Source of the DNA: an uncultured bacterium
GTDB lineage: Bacteria > UBP14 > UBA6098 > B30-G16
DNA length: 64,000 nucleotides
Direction of reading: 5' to 3'
Assembly (NCBI GenBank): GCA_965552135.1
Contig: CBEVQY010000001.1
Coordinates: 64,001 to 128,000, forward strand
Below, in pieces: positions 47,001 to 55,596 of the stretch. The position numbers and the translations under genes were made by a program. Numbering within the stretch: position 1 is the first letter of the stretch; each line of letters starts with the position of its first letter. The notes under the pieces were generated by a model that saw only the letters and a list, made by a program, of their open reading frames with translations, did no database searches and was not told where the DNA came from.

Positions 47001-47029
47001 AAAATACCTTTGTAAACAAAGGACGTCAA
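47001..47029 (-). promoter_or_regulatory. TrmB gene promoter with palindromic spacer (candidate operator)
   Basis: Minus strand TTGACG-17 nt-TATTTT; the spacer holds the inverted repeat CCTTTGT-N2-ACAAAGG (47007-47022). Confidence 0.65.
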
Positions 47030-47055
47030 GCATTTTTTACAACAGGTTAACCAAT

Positions 47056-47214
47056 CTACTTCGTTGCGCCTTTTCGCGGCGTGAGCACAGTGAGGCGCTT
47101 TCTTCCCTTGGCGCGGCGGCGCGCTAAAACCTTCCTTCCGTTTTTGGTGCGCATACGGGCGCGAAAGCCGTGTTTGCGGCGGCGCCTTAGGTTCTTTATC
47201 GTCGTTATCCGCAT
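47056..47214 (-). CDS. rpmH: 50S ribosomal protein L34
   Basis: [36 protein letters not shown]. Confidence 0.95.
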   Translation of the reverse strand: MRITTIKNLRRRRKHGFRARMRTKNGRKVLARRRAKGRKRLTVLTPRKGATK

Positions 47215-47239
47215 GCCAGCACCTCCACCATCGGCGTAG

Positions 47240-47268
47240 AAACTATCCCCGCGGGGGTGATATGTCAA
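47240..47268 (-). promoter_or_regulatory. Putative rpmH promoter
   Basis: Minus strand TTGACA-17 nt-TAGTTT. Confidence 0.6.
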
Positions 47269-47287
47269 GTGCAAATGCAAAAAAGTC

Positions 47288-47317
47288 TTGCCAAAGCGAA
47301 AAAGAGTCCCATATAAT
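47288..47317 (+). promoter_or_regulatory. Putative cmk promoter
   Basis: TTGCCA-18 nt-TATAAT, 11 nt before the cmk ATG. Confidence 0.6.
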
Positions 47318-47328
47318 TTCCAACGCCT

Positions 47329-48006
47329 ATGGGGCGGATACGAGTGGCGATAGACGGTCCTGCGGGAGCAGGCAAAAGCACTGCGGCGAGGATGTTGGCT
47401 GAGAGGGTTGGATACAGATACGTCGACACGGGGGCGATGTACCGCGCGCTGACGCTTCTTGCGCTGAGGGAGGGCATCCCCTGGGACGACGAGGATGCGC
47501 TCGTCGAGCTTCTCGACCGCCACCGGATCGACCAGCGCGGCGCGAAAACCTTCGTCGACGGCGAGGACGTAAGCAGCCAGATACGTACCAACAAGGTCAG
47601 CCGGGCGGTGTCGGTGGTTTGCCGGCACAGGAAGGTCCGGGAGAGGATGGTCGAGCTTCAGCGCAGGCTCGCCCAAGACGGCGGCGTCGTTATGGACGGA
47701 AGAGACATAGGCACCGTTGTGCTTCCTGACGCCGAGCTTAAGATCTTCCTCGTCGCCTCGGTCGAGGAGCGCGCCAAAAGAAGGCTTAAGGACCTTATCG
47801 CGATGGGGAAACCCCTACCCCTCGATGAGGTGATGCAAAACATCATAAACCGCGACAGACTCGACAGCACCCGGAAGGTCGCTCCGCTTCGAAAAGCCCC
47901 CGACGCCATCGTCATCGACAACTCGAATCTGCCCATAGACGAGGAGATCGAGCTTCTTGTGAAGCTTTTGAAGGAAAAGGAGGAGGAACACAACGGCAGG
48001 CATTGA
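47329..48006 (+). CDS. cmk: Cytidylate kinase
   Basis: [42 protein letters not shown]. Confidence 0.96.
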   Translation: MGRIRVAIDGPAGAGKSTAARMLAERVGYRYVDTGAMYRALTLLALREGIPWDDEDALVELLDRHRIDQRGAKTFVDGEDVSSQIRTNKVSRAVSVVCRHRKVRERMVELQRRLAQDGGVVMDGRDIGTVVLPDAELKIFLVASVEERAKRRLKDLIAMGKPLPLDEVMQNIINRDRLDSTRKVAPLRKAPDAIVIDNSNLPIDEEIELLVKLLKEKEEEHNGRH

Positions 48007-48057
48007 CAACAGACGCTCCTGTGGAGCGCTTATCCTACGAAGTAAGGGGGGATTTGC

Positions 48058-49848
48058 ATGCAGGAGGTAAAACCAAAAGCCGACGATTTTGCGGTGTTGG
48101 TTCTTGAGCCCGAAAGGGACGTCGATGAGGGCGAGGTTTTGATCGCCGAAGGCGACGTTGAGGAGGAGACGTCGCATGTTGAGTTTGAGCAGCTTGAGCG
48201 CGACAGGGAGTTCTACACCCGCGGGAGCGCCATCCTCCGGGAAGGGGAGATAGTTAAGGGCAAGATAGTTGCCGTCCGCGGCGCCGACGTGATGGTCGAT
48301 ATCGGCTTCAAGTCGGAGGGGATCGTTCCCATCGAGGAGTTCGGCGACCAAAAGCCCGAGCCCGGCCAGGAGATCGAGGTCTTCCTCGAGGCGCTCGAGG
48401 ACGAAAACGGACAGCTTGTGATATCGAAAAAGCGCGCCGACTTCATAAGGGTGTGGGACACCATACGCGAGGCATACGAAACCAAACGACCCCTCAAGGG
48501 CAAGATCAAAAAGCGCATAAAGGGCGGCATGGTCGTTGACCTTTTGGGGGTCGATGCCTTTCTGCCCGGCTCTCAGATAGCGCTGCGACCCGTACCAAAC
48601 TTCGACGCCCTCGTGGGCGAGGAGATGGAGTTTAGGGTGATAAAGATAAACAAGATGCGGCGCAACATCGTGGTCTCGCGCAGGATCATCCTCGAGGAGG
48701 AGCGCGAAAAGCAGCGACAGGAGCTTCTGCGAACCATCCAGGAAGGACAGATACGCGAGGGCGTCGTCAAAAACATAACCGACTTCGGCGTGTTCATCGA
48801 CCTTGGGGGGATGGACGGGCTTCTGCACATAACCGATATGTCGTGGACGAGGATCAACCACCCCTCCGAGATGGTGAAGATAGGCGACAGGATAAAGGTC
48901 AAGATCCTCAAGTACGACCGCGAGAAGCAGCGCATATCGCTTGGGCTCAAGCAGCTTACGCCCTCGCCCTGGGAGAACATCGACCAGCGCTTCCCCATAG
49001 GCTCAAGGGTTGTGGGGAAGGTTGTGAGCCTCACCAAGTACGGCGCCTTCGTCCGACTCGCCGAGGGAATAGAGGGACTCATCCACGTCTCCGAGATGTC
49101 GTGGACGAAGCGCATAAACCACCCATCAGAGATCCTCGAGGTTGGTCAAGAAGTCGAGTGCATGGTCATCGATATCGACAAGGAGAACCACAAGATATCC
49201 CTGAGCATAAAGCAGCTCGAGCCTGATCCCTGGCAGGTTGCAGCCCAAAAGTATCCGCCCGGCACAATTGTCTCGGGAACGGTGCGCAACATAACCACCT
49301 TCGGCGTCTTCGTCGAGATATCGGAGGGGATAGAGGGGCTCATCCACATCTCCGACATCTCCTGGACCAAGCGCGTCAACCACCCCAGCGAGTTCTTCAA
49401 GCGCGGTCAGAAGATAGAGGCTGTCGTGAAGGAGGTCGATCCCGAGAACCACAGGCTTTCCTTAAGCTACAAGGACCTCGAGCCGAATCCGTGGCCGGAG
49501 CTTGGTCGCAAGTACTGCGTTGGCGCCGAAACCGAGGGCAAGATCATCCACATGACCGACAGGGGCGTCATCGTTGAGCTTCCCGACGGCGTCGAGGGCT
49601 TTGTGCCCGTAACCCAGCTCGGCAAGCGCGTCGACAGACCTCACGAAGCCTTCAACGAAGGCGATATACTGCCCCTCAAGGTGATCGAATCCGACCCCGA
49701 CGACCGAAGGATAGTCCTTTCGGTCAACGCGTACTTCGAGAGCCGCGAAAAAGCTGATCTTGAGAGGTACCTTGCGGCTCACCCGACCAAGACGGTGCAG
49801 CTCAGCGAGATAGCACGCGTGCAGAAAAGGTCTGAGGAAAACAAATAA
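48058..49848 (+). CDS. rpsA: 30S ribosomal protein S1
   Basis: Six S1 domains; DIGFKSEG, AFLPGSQ, DGLLHITDMSW, EGLIHVSEMSW. Confidence 0.97.
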   Translation: MQEVKPKADDFAVLVLEPERDVDEGEVLIAEGDVEEETSHVEFEQLERDREFYTRGSAILREGEIVKGKIVAVRGADVMVDIGFKSEGIVPIEEFGDQKPEPGQEIEVFLEALEDENGQLVISKKRADFIRVWDTIREAYETKRPLKGKIKKRIKGGMVVDLLGVDAFLPGSQIALRPVPNFDALVGEEMEFRVIKINKMRRNIVVSRRIILEEEREKQRQELLRTIQEGQIREGVVKNITDFGVFIDLGGMDGLLHITDMSWTRINHPSEMVKIGDRIKVKILKYDREKQRISLGLKQLTPSPWENIDQRFPIGSRVVGKVVSLTKYGAFVRLAEGIEGLIHVSEMSWTKRINHPSEILEVGQEVECMVIDIDKENHKISLSIKQLEPDPWQVAAQKYPPGTIVSGTVRNITTFGVFVEISEGIEGLIHISDISWTKRVNHPSEFFKRGQKIEAVVKEVDPENHRLSLSYKDLEPNPWPELGRKYCVGAETEGKIIHMTDRGVIVELPDGVEGFVPVTQLGKRVDRPHEAFNEGDILPLKVIESDPDDRRIVLSVNAYFESREKADLERYLAAHPTKTVQLSEIARVQKRSEENK

Positions 49849-49861
49849 GAGGTGAGGTGAT

Positions 49862-50194
49862 ATGCCCTACAAGAAGCACAGGACGGTTTTTAAGCGTTTG
49901 CGCCAGAACCTTAGGCGCCGCGAGCGGAACAGGATCATCCGCGGCTCCGTGCGAGCTGTGCTCAGGGCGATAAGGACGCAAAAGACCCTCGACGATGTCC
50001 TCGCAAGGCTGGCTTGGAACATAAAGGGCGAGGACCAGATGGACGTGCTTAGGAAAGCCTGCGCCAGGATGTACTCTGTGGTCGACAAGGCGCTCAAGAA
50101 AGGTGTCATCCACAGGAACAAGGCGGCGCGGCACAAGTCACAGATCGCCCGCTGGATGCAGGATATGTCCCAAAGGCTGGCGCAGCAGCAGTAG
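49862..50194 (+). CDS. rpsT: 30S ribosomal protein S20
   Basis: KRLRQN..RRERNR, VDKALKKGVIHRNKAARHKS. Confidence 0.92.
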   Translation: MPYKKHRTVFKRLRQNLRRRERNRIIRGSVRAVLRAIRTQKTLDDVLARLAWNIKGEDQMDVLRKACARMYSVVDKALKKGVIHRNKAARHKSQIARWMQDMSQRLAQQQ

Positions 50195-50230
50195 AGCCTC
50201 GCCTTTGGCGCAAAACCGAGGGGGTGGATC

Positions 50231-51259
50231 ATGAGGCGTTTTTTAAGCGTTGCGGTGCTTTTGCTTCCGCTTATCGCCTTCTGGGGTTGCGCAAGCGAAG
50301 AGGGCGGAGGCGGAGGAGGCGGTGGTGAACCCACCGCCGCAGGACCACACAGGATCGATGCCTGCGTCATCCTCCTTCCCGACTCCGCGCAGGCGCTCGC
50401 GTTCGGCGGATGCTACGAAGAGATCTCCGAATCCTACTGGGAGGTGCCGTCGGAGTATTCCTTCACCGTAAACGGTGTCGAGCTTGCCGACCCCTGCGAG
50501 ATGCACTGGACGAGCTGGCTGCTTGAGGGCAGGCTGTCGCTCGCGCCTGGGGATATGGTCGTCTTCACCGCCGAAGCCGATGGACACACATACACCGACT
50601 CAACAACGGTCCCCGACTGCGATGTGACCGCAATGTTCTTCTGCGATCTGCCCGACCCCGAGCCGATAGGCGATACACTCGTCTCCAACGACATAACGGT
50701 GAACTGGAACGTAGAGGGCGATCTTCCAAACGGGATTTATATAACCTGCTTTTCGCCCGAAAGCCCGATGCAGGGCATAATGGAGAGCGGCGCCTACCTC
50801 GACCTCGAGGACGCAAGCGGCAGCGAGTTCTTCGACTGGGACGGAAGCGGTCCTCACACAATAAGGCTTTGCGCAACGAACTACACGAAGTTCAACGACG
50901 ACCTCGACGAATCGTACTGGAGCGAAGACTTCAACGCCCTTGTGGTTCAGCGCTGTTTCGACTTCCACGTCTTCCTCGGCGTGCGCGTTTGGGTCGAGGG
51001 CGATACGATCTTCTGGTCGCCCCAGTACGCTATGAAGGAGCTCGAGGTCTCCGACGGTTCGACGACCCTTTGGCGCATAACATCTGAGGGGGGCTTTGAG
51101 TCGCCTGTGGTTTACGGCGTCGTTCCCGAGGGCGCTGTGCAGGAGGTGCCGTCGTCGGGCGATCCGCAGCCGCTTGCCGAGGGAACGCAGTACACCGTCA
51201 CCGTCGAGGACCGCGCCAACGACGTCGAGGGCGAAGTCGAGTTCGAGTACGGCGGCTAA
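50231..51259 (+). CDS. Acidic lipoprotein of unknown function
   Basis: Lipobox FWGC, poly-Gly linker, beta-rich acidic body. Confidence 0.75.
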   Translation: MRRFLSVAVLLLPLIAFWGCASEEGGGGGGGGEPTAAGPHRIDACVILLPDSAQALAFGGCYEEISESYWEVPSEYSFTVNGVELADPCEMHWTSWLLEGRLSLAPGDMVVFTAEADGHTYTDSTTVPDCDVTAMFFCDLPDPEPIGDTLVSNDITVNWNVEGDLPNGIYITCFSPESPMQGIMESGAYLDLEDASGSEFFDWDGSGPHTIRLCATNYTKFNDDLDESYWSEDFNALVVQRCFDFHVFLGVRVWVEGDTIFWSPQYAMKELEVSDGSTTLWRITSEGGFESPVVYGVVPEGAVQEVPSSGDPQPLAEGTQYTVTVEDRANDVEGEVEFEYGG

Positions 51260-51398
51260 CGCAGCCGAGTCGGCGCCACCCGCACAAAGCCGCAGCCCAG
51301 ATGAGGCGGTCCGAGCCCGGACAGGGTGGTCCGAGCCTGCAGGTCAAGGCGGGCGAGCGCGCTGTGGGTGGAGGGCATAGGCTCGGCTGTGCCCAGGC

Positions 51399-53006
51399 TC
51401 AGCGGACTATGAGAAGCTTGCCCCTGGTCGACTCATCCCCCACGGCGGCGACGTATATGTAGACCCCTGGCGCCACAGGCTTCCCCTCAAGGTTTCTGCA
51501 GTCCCAGGTGATCTTGCCGCTTTGGGGATAGCTGAACTCCCTTTTCGCCCGCCACACAAGCGCTCCGTCGGCGGCGAAGACCACAACCGACGCCTCCGCG
51601 GGCTGCGCTATCCGGAAGGGGAACGTTACGCTGCCTGTCGCGCATGGGTTGGGGTATGGGTCGTTGATCTCGTTTTGCGCGAATATCGGCACCAGGCACG
51701 ATTCCGCGGAGCACTCGGTGACGTCGAACCAGAAGCGCGCCTGGGGTGTTGGCGAAACCTCGGGCAGAACGGCGAAGTATATCGCCCTGTACTGCCATCG
51801 CCCCGGGATGTCGATGCTTTGCGCTGGGTCGGCTCTCCTCCACGGCGCCGCCTCGTCGCCGGGAAGCTCAACGGGAACGGCGATAAGCGCGCCCGAGACG
51901 CCGCTTTCGAAGACGACCTTCCCGCTTACGCCGCCCTCGACGAGCGCATAGTCGAGCCTGAAGAAGTTTGTGCCGAAGGGCGCCACGACGCCCTCCTGCG
52001 AGAAGGGTGGCTCCGCGTCCGAGGCTGCCGGGAGCGGGTAGTTCGCCCCCTCGGCGAAGAACCCCTCGCGCCAAAACTCCCCAACGCGAACGCGCCAGGC
52101 GACAAACTCCTCGTAAGCCTCCGTTAGGCTCGAACCGCGCTCCTCAAGCTCGTCGGAAATGGCGTAAAGCGGCAGCTCATCCTCGCAGCGCTCCCAAATG
52201 CTTTTTATAAGCTCCCCCGACAGCCGCGAACCCTCGCAAAAGTGCTCCGCAAGGAAGAGGGGGAACATAACGCCGCCGTAGTACGCAACGTCGTCGTCGG
52301 CGTTGAATGGAACCCAGGGCTCGCTTTGAAACTCGGACACGTAGGAGTAGTAATCGTTCACTTCGTCGAAGCAGAGCTCCTCGCAGAAGACCGCAGTTTG
52401 CTCCATCCACCAGCGATACGCCGCGGCATCGTCGGGGGTGAAGGGGTAGAAGTATGCGAACTGGACGGTGTGGAAGAACTCGTGGGCGCAGGTTACGGCA
52501 AGCGCGGGGTATGGGTCGTCGGCATAGCCGGGGATGCGGGTCATGTCCGACTGGATCCTTACGTAAGCCGTTGCCTTGTTTTCCGTTGTGTCGACCACTC
52601 TGGGCTGCGTTTCGCCGTAGACACCCGTGCCCATCGCAACCAGATACACGTCCACCCTTGCGTCGCCGCCGGCAAGCGATGTGTCGGAGATGCCCGCCGT
52701 ATCGGGAATAGGGGGGCGGAAGCCGAGTGAATCGACGACGATGCGCCAGGCGTGCTCGAGGTACTCTCCGGCAGCCTCCACGTAGTCGGGGACTCCGTCC
52801 TCGTCGGCGTCGCCGGGGTAGACGGCGTTGACGCCCGTGGTGTCGTACCAGACCTTGAAGTGCTTTGTGCCGTAGCTTGCCTGCATCGAGGGCGGCAGCC
52901 TGACCGCCTTGGTCGAGATGAAGTCCTCCAGAGCCTGCGGCGTCCCGCAGCGGATGCAAAAGGCTGTCGAAAAGCAAAGCAGGATTAATGTAAAGCTACC
53001 TCGCAC
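51399..53006 (-). CDS. Secreted zinc metalloprotease (MXAN_6640-like) with T9SS/FlgD-like C-terminal domain
   Basis: CGTP, DADEDGVPDYVE, HEFFH..Q, WWMEQTA; PYPNP...WDCRN..G.PVAPGVY...KLLIVR. Confidence 0.88.
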   Translation of the reverse strand: MRGSFTLILLCFSTAFCIRCGTPQALEDFISTKAVRLPPSMQASYGTKHFKVWYDTTGVNAVYPGDADEDGVPDYVEAAGEYLEHAWRIVVDSLGFRPPIPDTAGISDTSLAGGDARVDVYLVAMGTGVYGETQPRVVDTTENKATAYVRIQSDMTRIPGYADDPYPALAVTCAHEFFHTVQFAYFYPFTPDDAAAYRWWMEQTAVFCEELCFDEVNDYYSYVSEFQSEPWVPFNADDDVAYYGGVMFPLFLAEHFCEGSRLSGELIKSIWERCEDELPLYAISDELEERGSSLTEAYEEFVAWRVRVGEFWREGFFAEGANYPLPAASDAEPPFSQEGVVAPFGTNFFRLDYALVEGGVSGKVVFESGVSGALIAVPVELPGDEAAPWRRADPAQSIDIPGRWQYRAIYFAVLPEVSPTPQARFWFDVTECSAESCLVPIFAQNEINDPYPNPCATGSVTFPFRIAQPAEASVVVFAADGALVWRAKREFSYPQSGKITWDCRNLEGKPVAPGVYIYVAAVGDESTRGKLLIVR

Positions 53007-55494
53007 TCTGCTCTATCCCCACCTTGTACACCGTTACGCGGTTTCGCCCCTGCGCCTTCGATACGTAGAGGGCTGTGTCGGCTCGGCGGATGAGCTCCTC
53101 CGCGTCGGGGACGTCGTCCTCGAGGACCGCAACGCCTATGCTCGCCGATATGTGTTCCGTTCTTGCTCCCGAGCCGTCCAGAAACGGCGTCGACGATATG
53201 TGTCGGCAGAGCCTTTCCGCAACGTCGAGCGCCTCCTCGGCGCCGGTGTCGGAGAGGACGAGGACGAACTCGTCGCCGCCGTAGCGCGCAGCAAAATCGT
53301 CGGACCGAAGAAAGCCGCGGATTATCTCGGCTACCTCCATAAGGAGCCTGTCGCCGGCGGGGTGACCGTAGGTGTCGTTGTAGTCCTTGAACCTGTCGAG
53401 ATCCATGGAGAGCAGGGCAAGCTTCTTTCCCTCCGCGCGGTGCCGCGCTATGTAGACGGGCAGTTGCTCGGTGAAGTACCTGTAGTTGCGAAGCTTTGTG
53501 AGCTCATCGGTTACGGCAAGCCTCTGAAGCTGGCGATTGCGCCTCGAAAGCTCCTCTGCCGTGCGCTTGAGCTGCTCCTCCAAAAGGCGAAACTCGGTCA
53601 CGTCGTCGACTATGGTGAGTATCCTCCTCACCGATTCGCCCGGCTGGGCTATGGGGATTATCTTGGTCTTTGTGAACTGGCGCCTCCCGTTGCGGCGGAT
53701 GTAGGTCTCCTCGGTGTCGATGCTGCGCTTGGTGTGGATCACCTCGCGGTAGATCTCCTCCCTGCCCAGGTCCCTCAGAAACGGGGCGACGTCGAAGAGG
53801 TTTTTGCCAACGGCGTTGCCCGAAACGTCGTATATCCTGTAGAACTCGGGCGATGCCGAAAGGACGGTGAAGTTCGCGTCCACAAGGAAGATCGCCTTGT
53901 CGACCGTGTTTAGGATGTCTTTGTGGATTCTGTTTGTCGTCATAAGGTCGTTGAGGATGTGCCTTATGTAGAGCGCCTGAGAGACGGCGACCCTGAAAGT
54001 CTCGACAAGCTCCGACTGCGGTCCAAGGTCGACGTCGCTTGGGAACATAAGGCAGCCGAAGAACATATCCTCGTACCTAAGCGGCAGGACGACCACGTGT
54101 GTGTATTCGAAAAGCGCCTTGAGTGTGTGGACCAGCACGACAAGCGATGGGTTTTCGCACGTGAACCTGTCGATTGGTATCGTCATGTGTGCAGACACCC
54201 TGCGCACGTCCACGCCGTTGAACCTGACGCCCACAGCCAAACTGGGGAGGCTTACGTTTGCGAAGCTCAGTTCGTCCGAAAGCTTTGGGTTGTCCACAAC
54301 ATAGGCGTTCGGTTCGAGTGCGTTCTCGCTTGGGTTGTACTGCCATCCCACGACAAGCGGCAGCCCAAAGACCTTTGCCGCAGCCTCCGTTGACCTGCGC
54401 AAAATCGCATCCACCGAGTCGCAGCCTATAAGACCCTGCGCAAAGCGGTAGATGTAGTCGAGCTTCTCGCGGTGGGCGTTGATAAGCTTTAGGTATTCTA
54501 CCTCCTGCTCTGCCCTCGCCTTCGCCGCTATCTGGCGCGCGGTGACAAAAACGCCCAGAAGGGCAACGACAAGGGCTACGATCAAAGCTATCAAAAGCTT
54601 TCGTTTGAGCGGGGCTATAGCTGAAAGAGCGGTTTGTGCGTCGAAGTCGGAGCCGATGATCCAGCGCTCGAAGCCAACGGGGCTGCTGTACCAGCAGAGA
54701 ATCCTTCTCCCGCCGGCGGCGCTTCGGTACGAGAGCCAACCGCTGCCTGGGGGAGGAAAGTTCTCGAGAAAGTGGATAAGGGACGTATCGGTCACGTCGC
54801 CGTAAATCTCGCCTATCTTTCTGCCGAAGGGGTACCTGGAGTGAACGAGCACAGTGCCGTTTTCGTCGGCAAGCCAAACCCCCTCGCCAAGCTTTTCGAA
54901 AAGCGGCGCGAAAAACCTCGCCACAAGGCTGTCGAACGAAACGAGCGTTGCGACTGAACCGGTGAAGATCGAGTCGTCGACGAAGGTGGGGACGTGGACA
55001 ATTATCGCGTCGAAGCCCTGCACGGTCCGTACCGGACCGCCTATGACCGGCTTGTGGGTGCGCAAAAGCCTTTTTATGTGCGGCTGGTCGGTTATGTCGG
55101 TGCCCTCGTAGGCGGAGTACGGGACGGTGACCCGCACAACCCCCGCTGAGTCGAGCCGCGTGACCGACGCAAGAAGGGATGAGCGGGAGTGGTATATCAT
55201 CTCGAGTCTTCTGCGCGTCTCCTGCGGATCAAGCCTCTGCACCTCCGGGATGGTCGAAAGATACACCGCATCTCCCACAAGGCTTGAGATAAGCGTCCTC
55301 AGTCCGCTCATCGCCTCCTGCACGAGTGCGATCCTGTGGCGGGTGGCGTCCTGAAGCGCGATGCGCTCGGCGTCGGAGATTATTGCCCTGACGACGAGAA
55401 AAGCCAGAACGATAAGCGAGATGTAAAACACAACCGCCTCTATGACCACCGACCGCCTCAATTCCTTACCCCGTAGCGCTAAGTTTTTAAACAA
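52996..55494 (-). CDS. Membrane sensor diguanylate cyclase (Cache-GAF-PAS-GGDEF); start uncertain
   Basis: Two TMs flanking a Cache-like domain; TDELT, DLDRFKDYNDTYGH..GD, RSDD I-site, YGGDEF. Confidence 0.92.
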   Translation of the reverse strand: MFKNLALRGKELRRSVVIEAVVFYISLIVLAFLVVRAIISDAERIALQDATRHRIALVQEAMSGLRTLISSLVGDAVYLSTIPEVQRLDPQETRRRLEMIYHSRSSLLASVTRLDSAGVVRVTVPYSAYEGTDITDQPHIKRLLRTHKPVIGGPVRTVQGFDAIIVHVPTFVDDSIFTGSVATLVSFDSLVARFFAPLFEKLGEGVWLADENGTVLVHSRYPFGRKIGEIYGDVTDTSLIHFLENFPPPGSGWLSYRSAAGGRRILCWYSSPVGFERWIIGSDFDAQTALSAIAPLKRKLLIALIVALVVALLGVFVTARQIAAKARAEQEVEYLKLINAHREKLDYIYRFAQGLIGCDSVDAILRRSTEAAAKVFGLPLVVGWQYNPSENALEPNAYVVDNPKLSDELSFANVSLPSLAVGVRFNGVDVRRVSAHMTIPIDRFTCENPSLVVLVHTLKALFEYTHVVVLPLRYEDMFFGCLMFPSDVDLGPQSELVETFRVAVSQALYIRHILNDLMTTNRIHKDILNTVDKAIFLVDANFTVLSASPEFYRIYDVSGNAVGKNLFDVAPFLRDLGREEIYREVIHTKRSIDTEETYIRRNGRRQFTKTKIIPIAQPGESVRRILTIVDDVTEFRLLEEQLKRTAEELSRRNRQLQRLAVTDELTKLRNYRYFTEQLPVYIARHRAEGKKLALLSMDLDRFKDYNDTYGHPAGDRLLMEVAEIIRGFLRSDDFAARYGGDEFVLVLSDTGAEEALDVAERLCRHISSTPFLDGSGARTEHISASIGVAVLEDDVPDAEELIRRADTALYVSKAQGRNRVTVYKVGIEQSAR

Positions 55495-55543
55495 AAAATA
55501 TTAGTCCCCAAAGTCTTTGCAAGCGAAGGTTGAGAAAAGAGGT

Positions 55544-55572
55544 TTGCGAAAAGGCGCCCTTGGGGATATTTT
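55544..55572 (+). promoter_or_regulatory. Putative promoter for the amrBA-nusB operon
   Basis: TTGCGA-17 nt-TATTTT. Confidence 0.45.
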
Positions 55573-55596
55573 GTTTTGTCAGTCGGAGGTGGCGAG

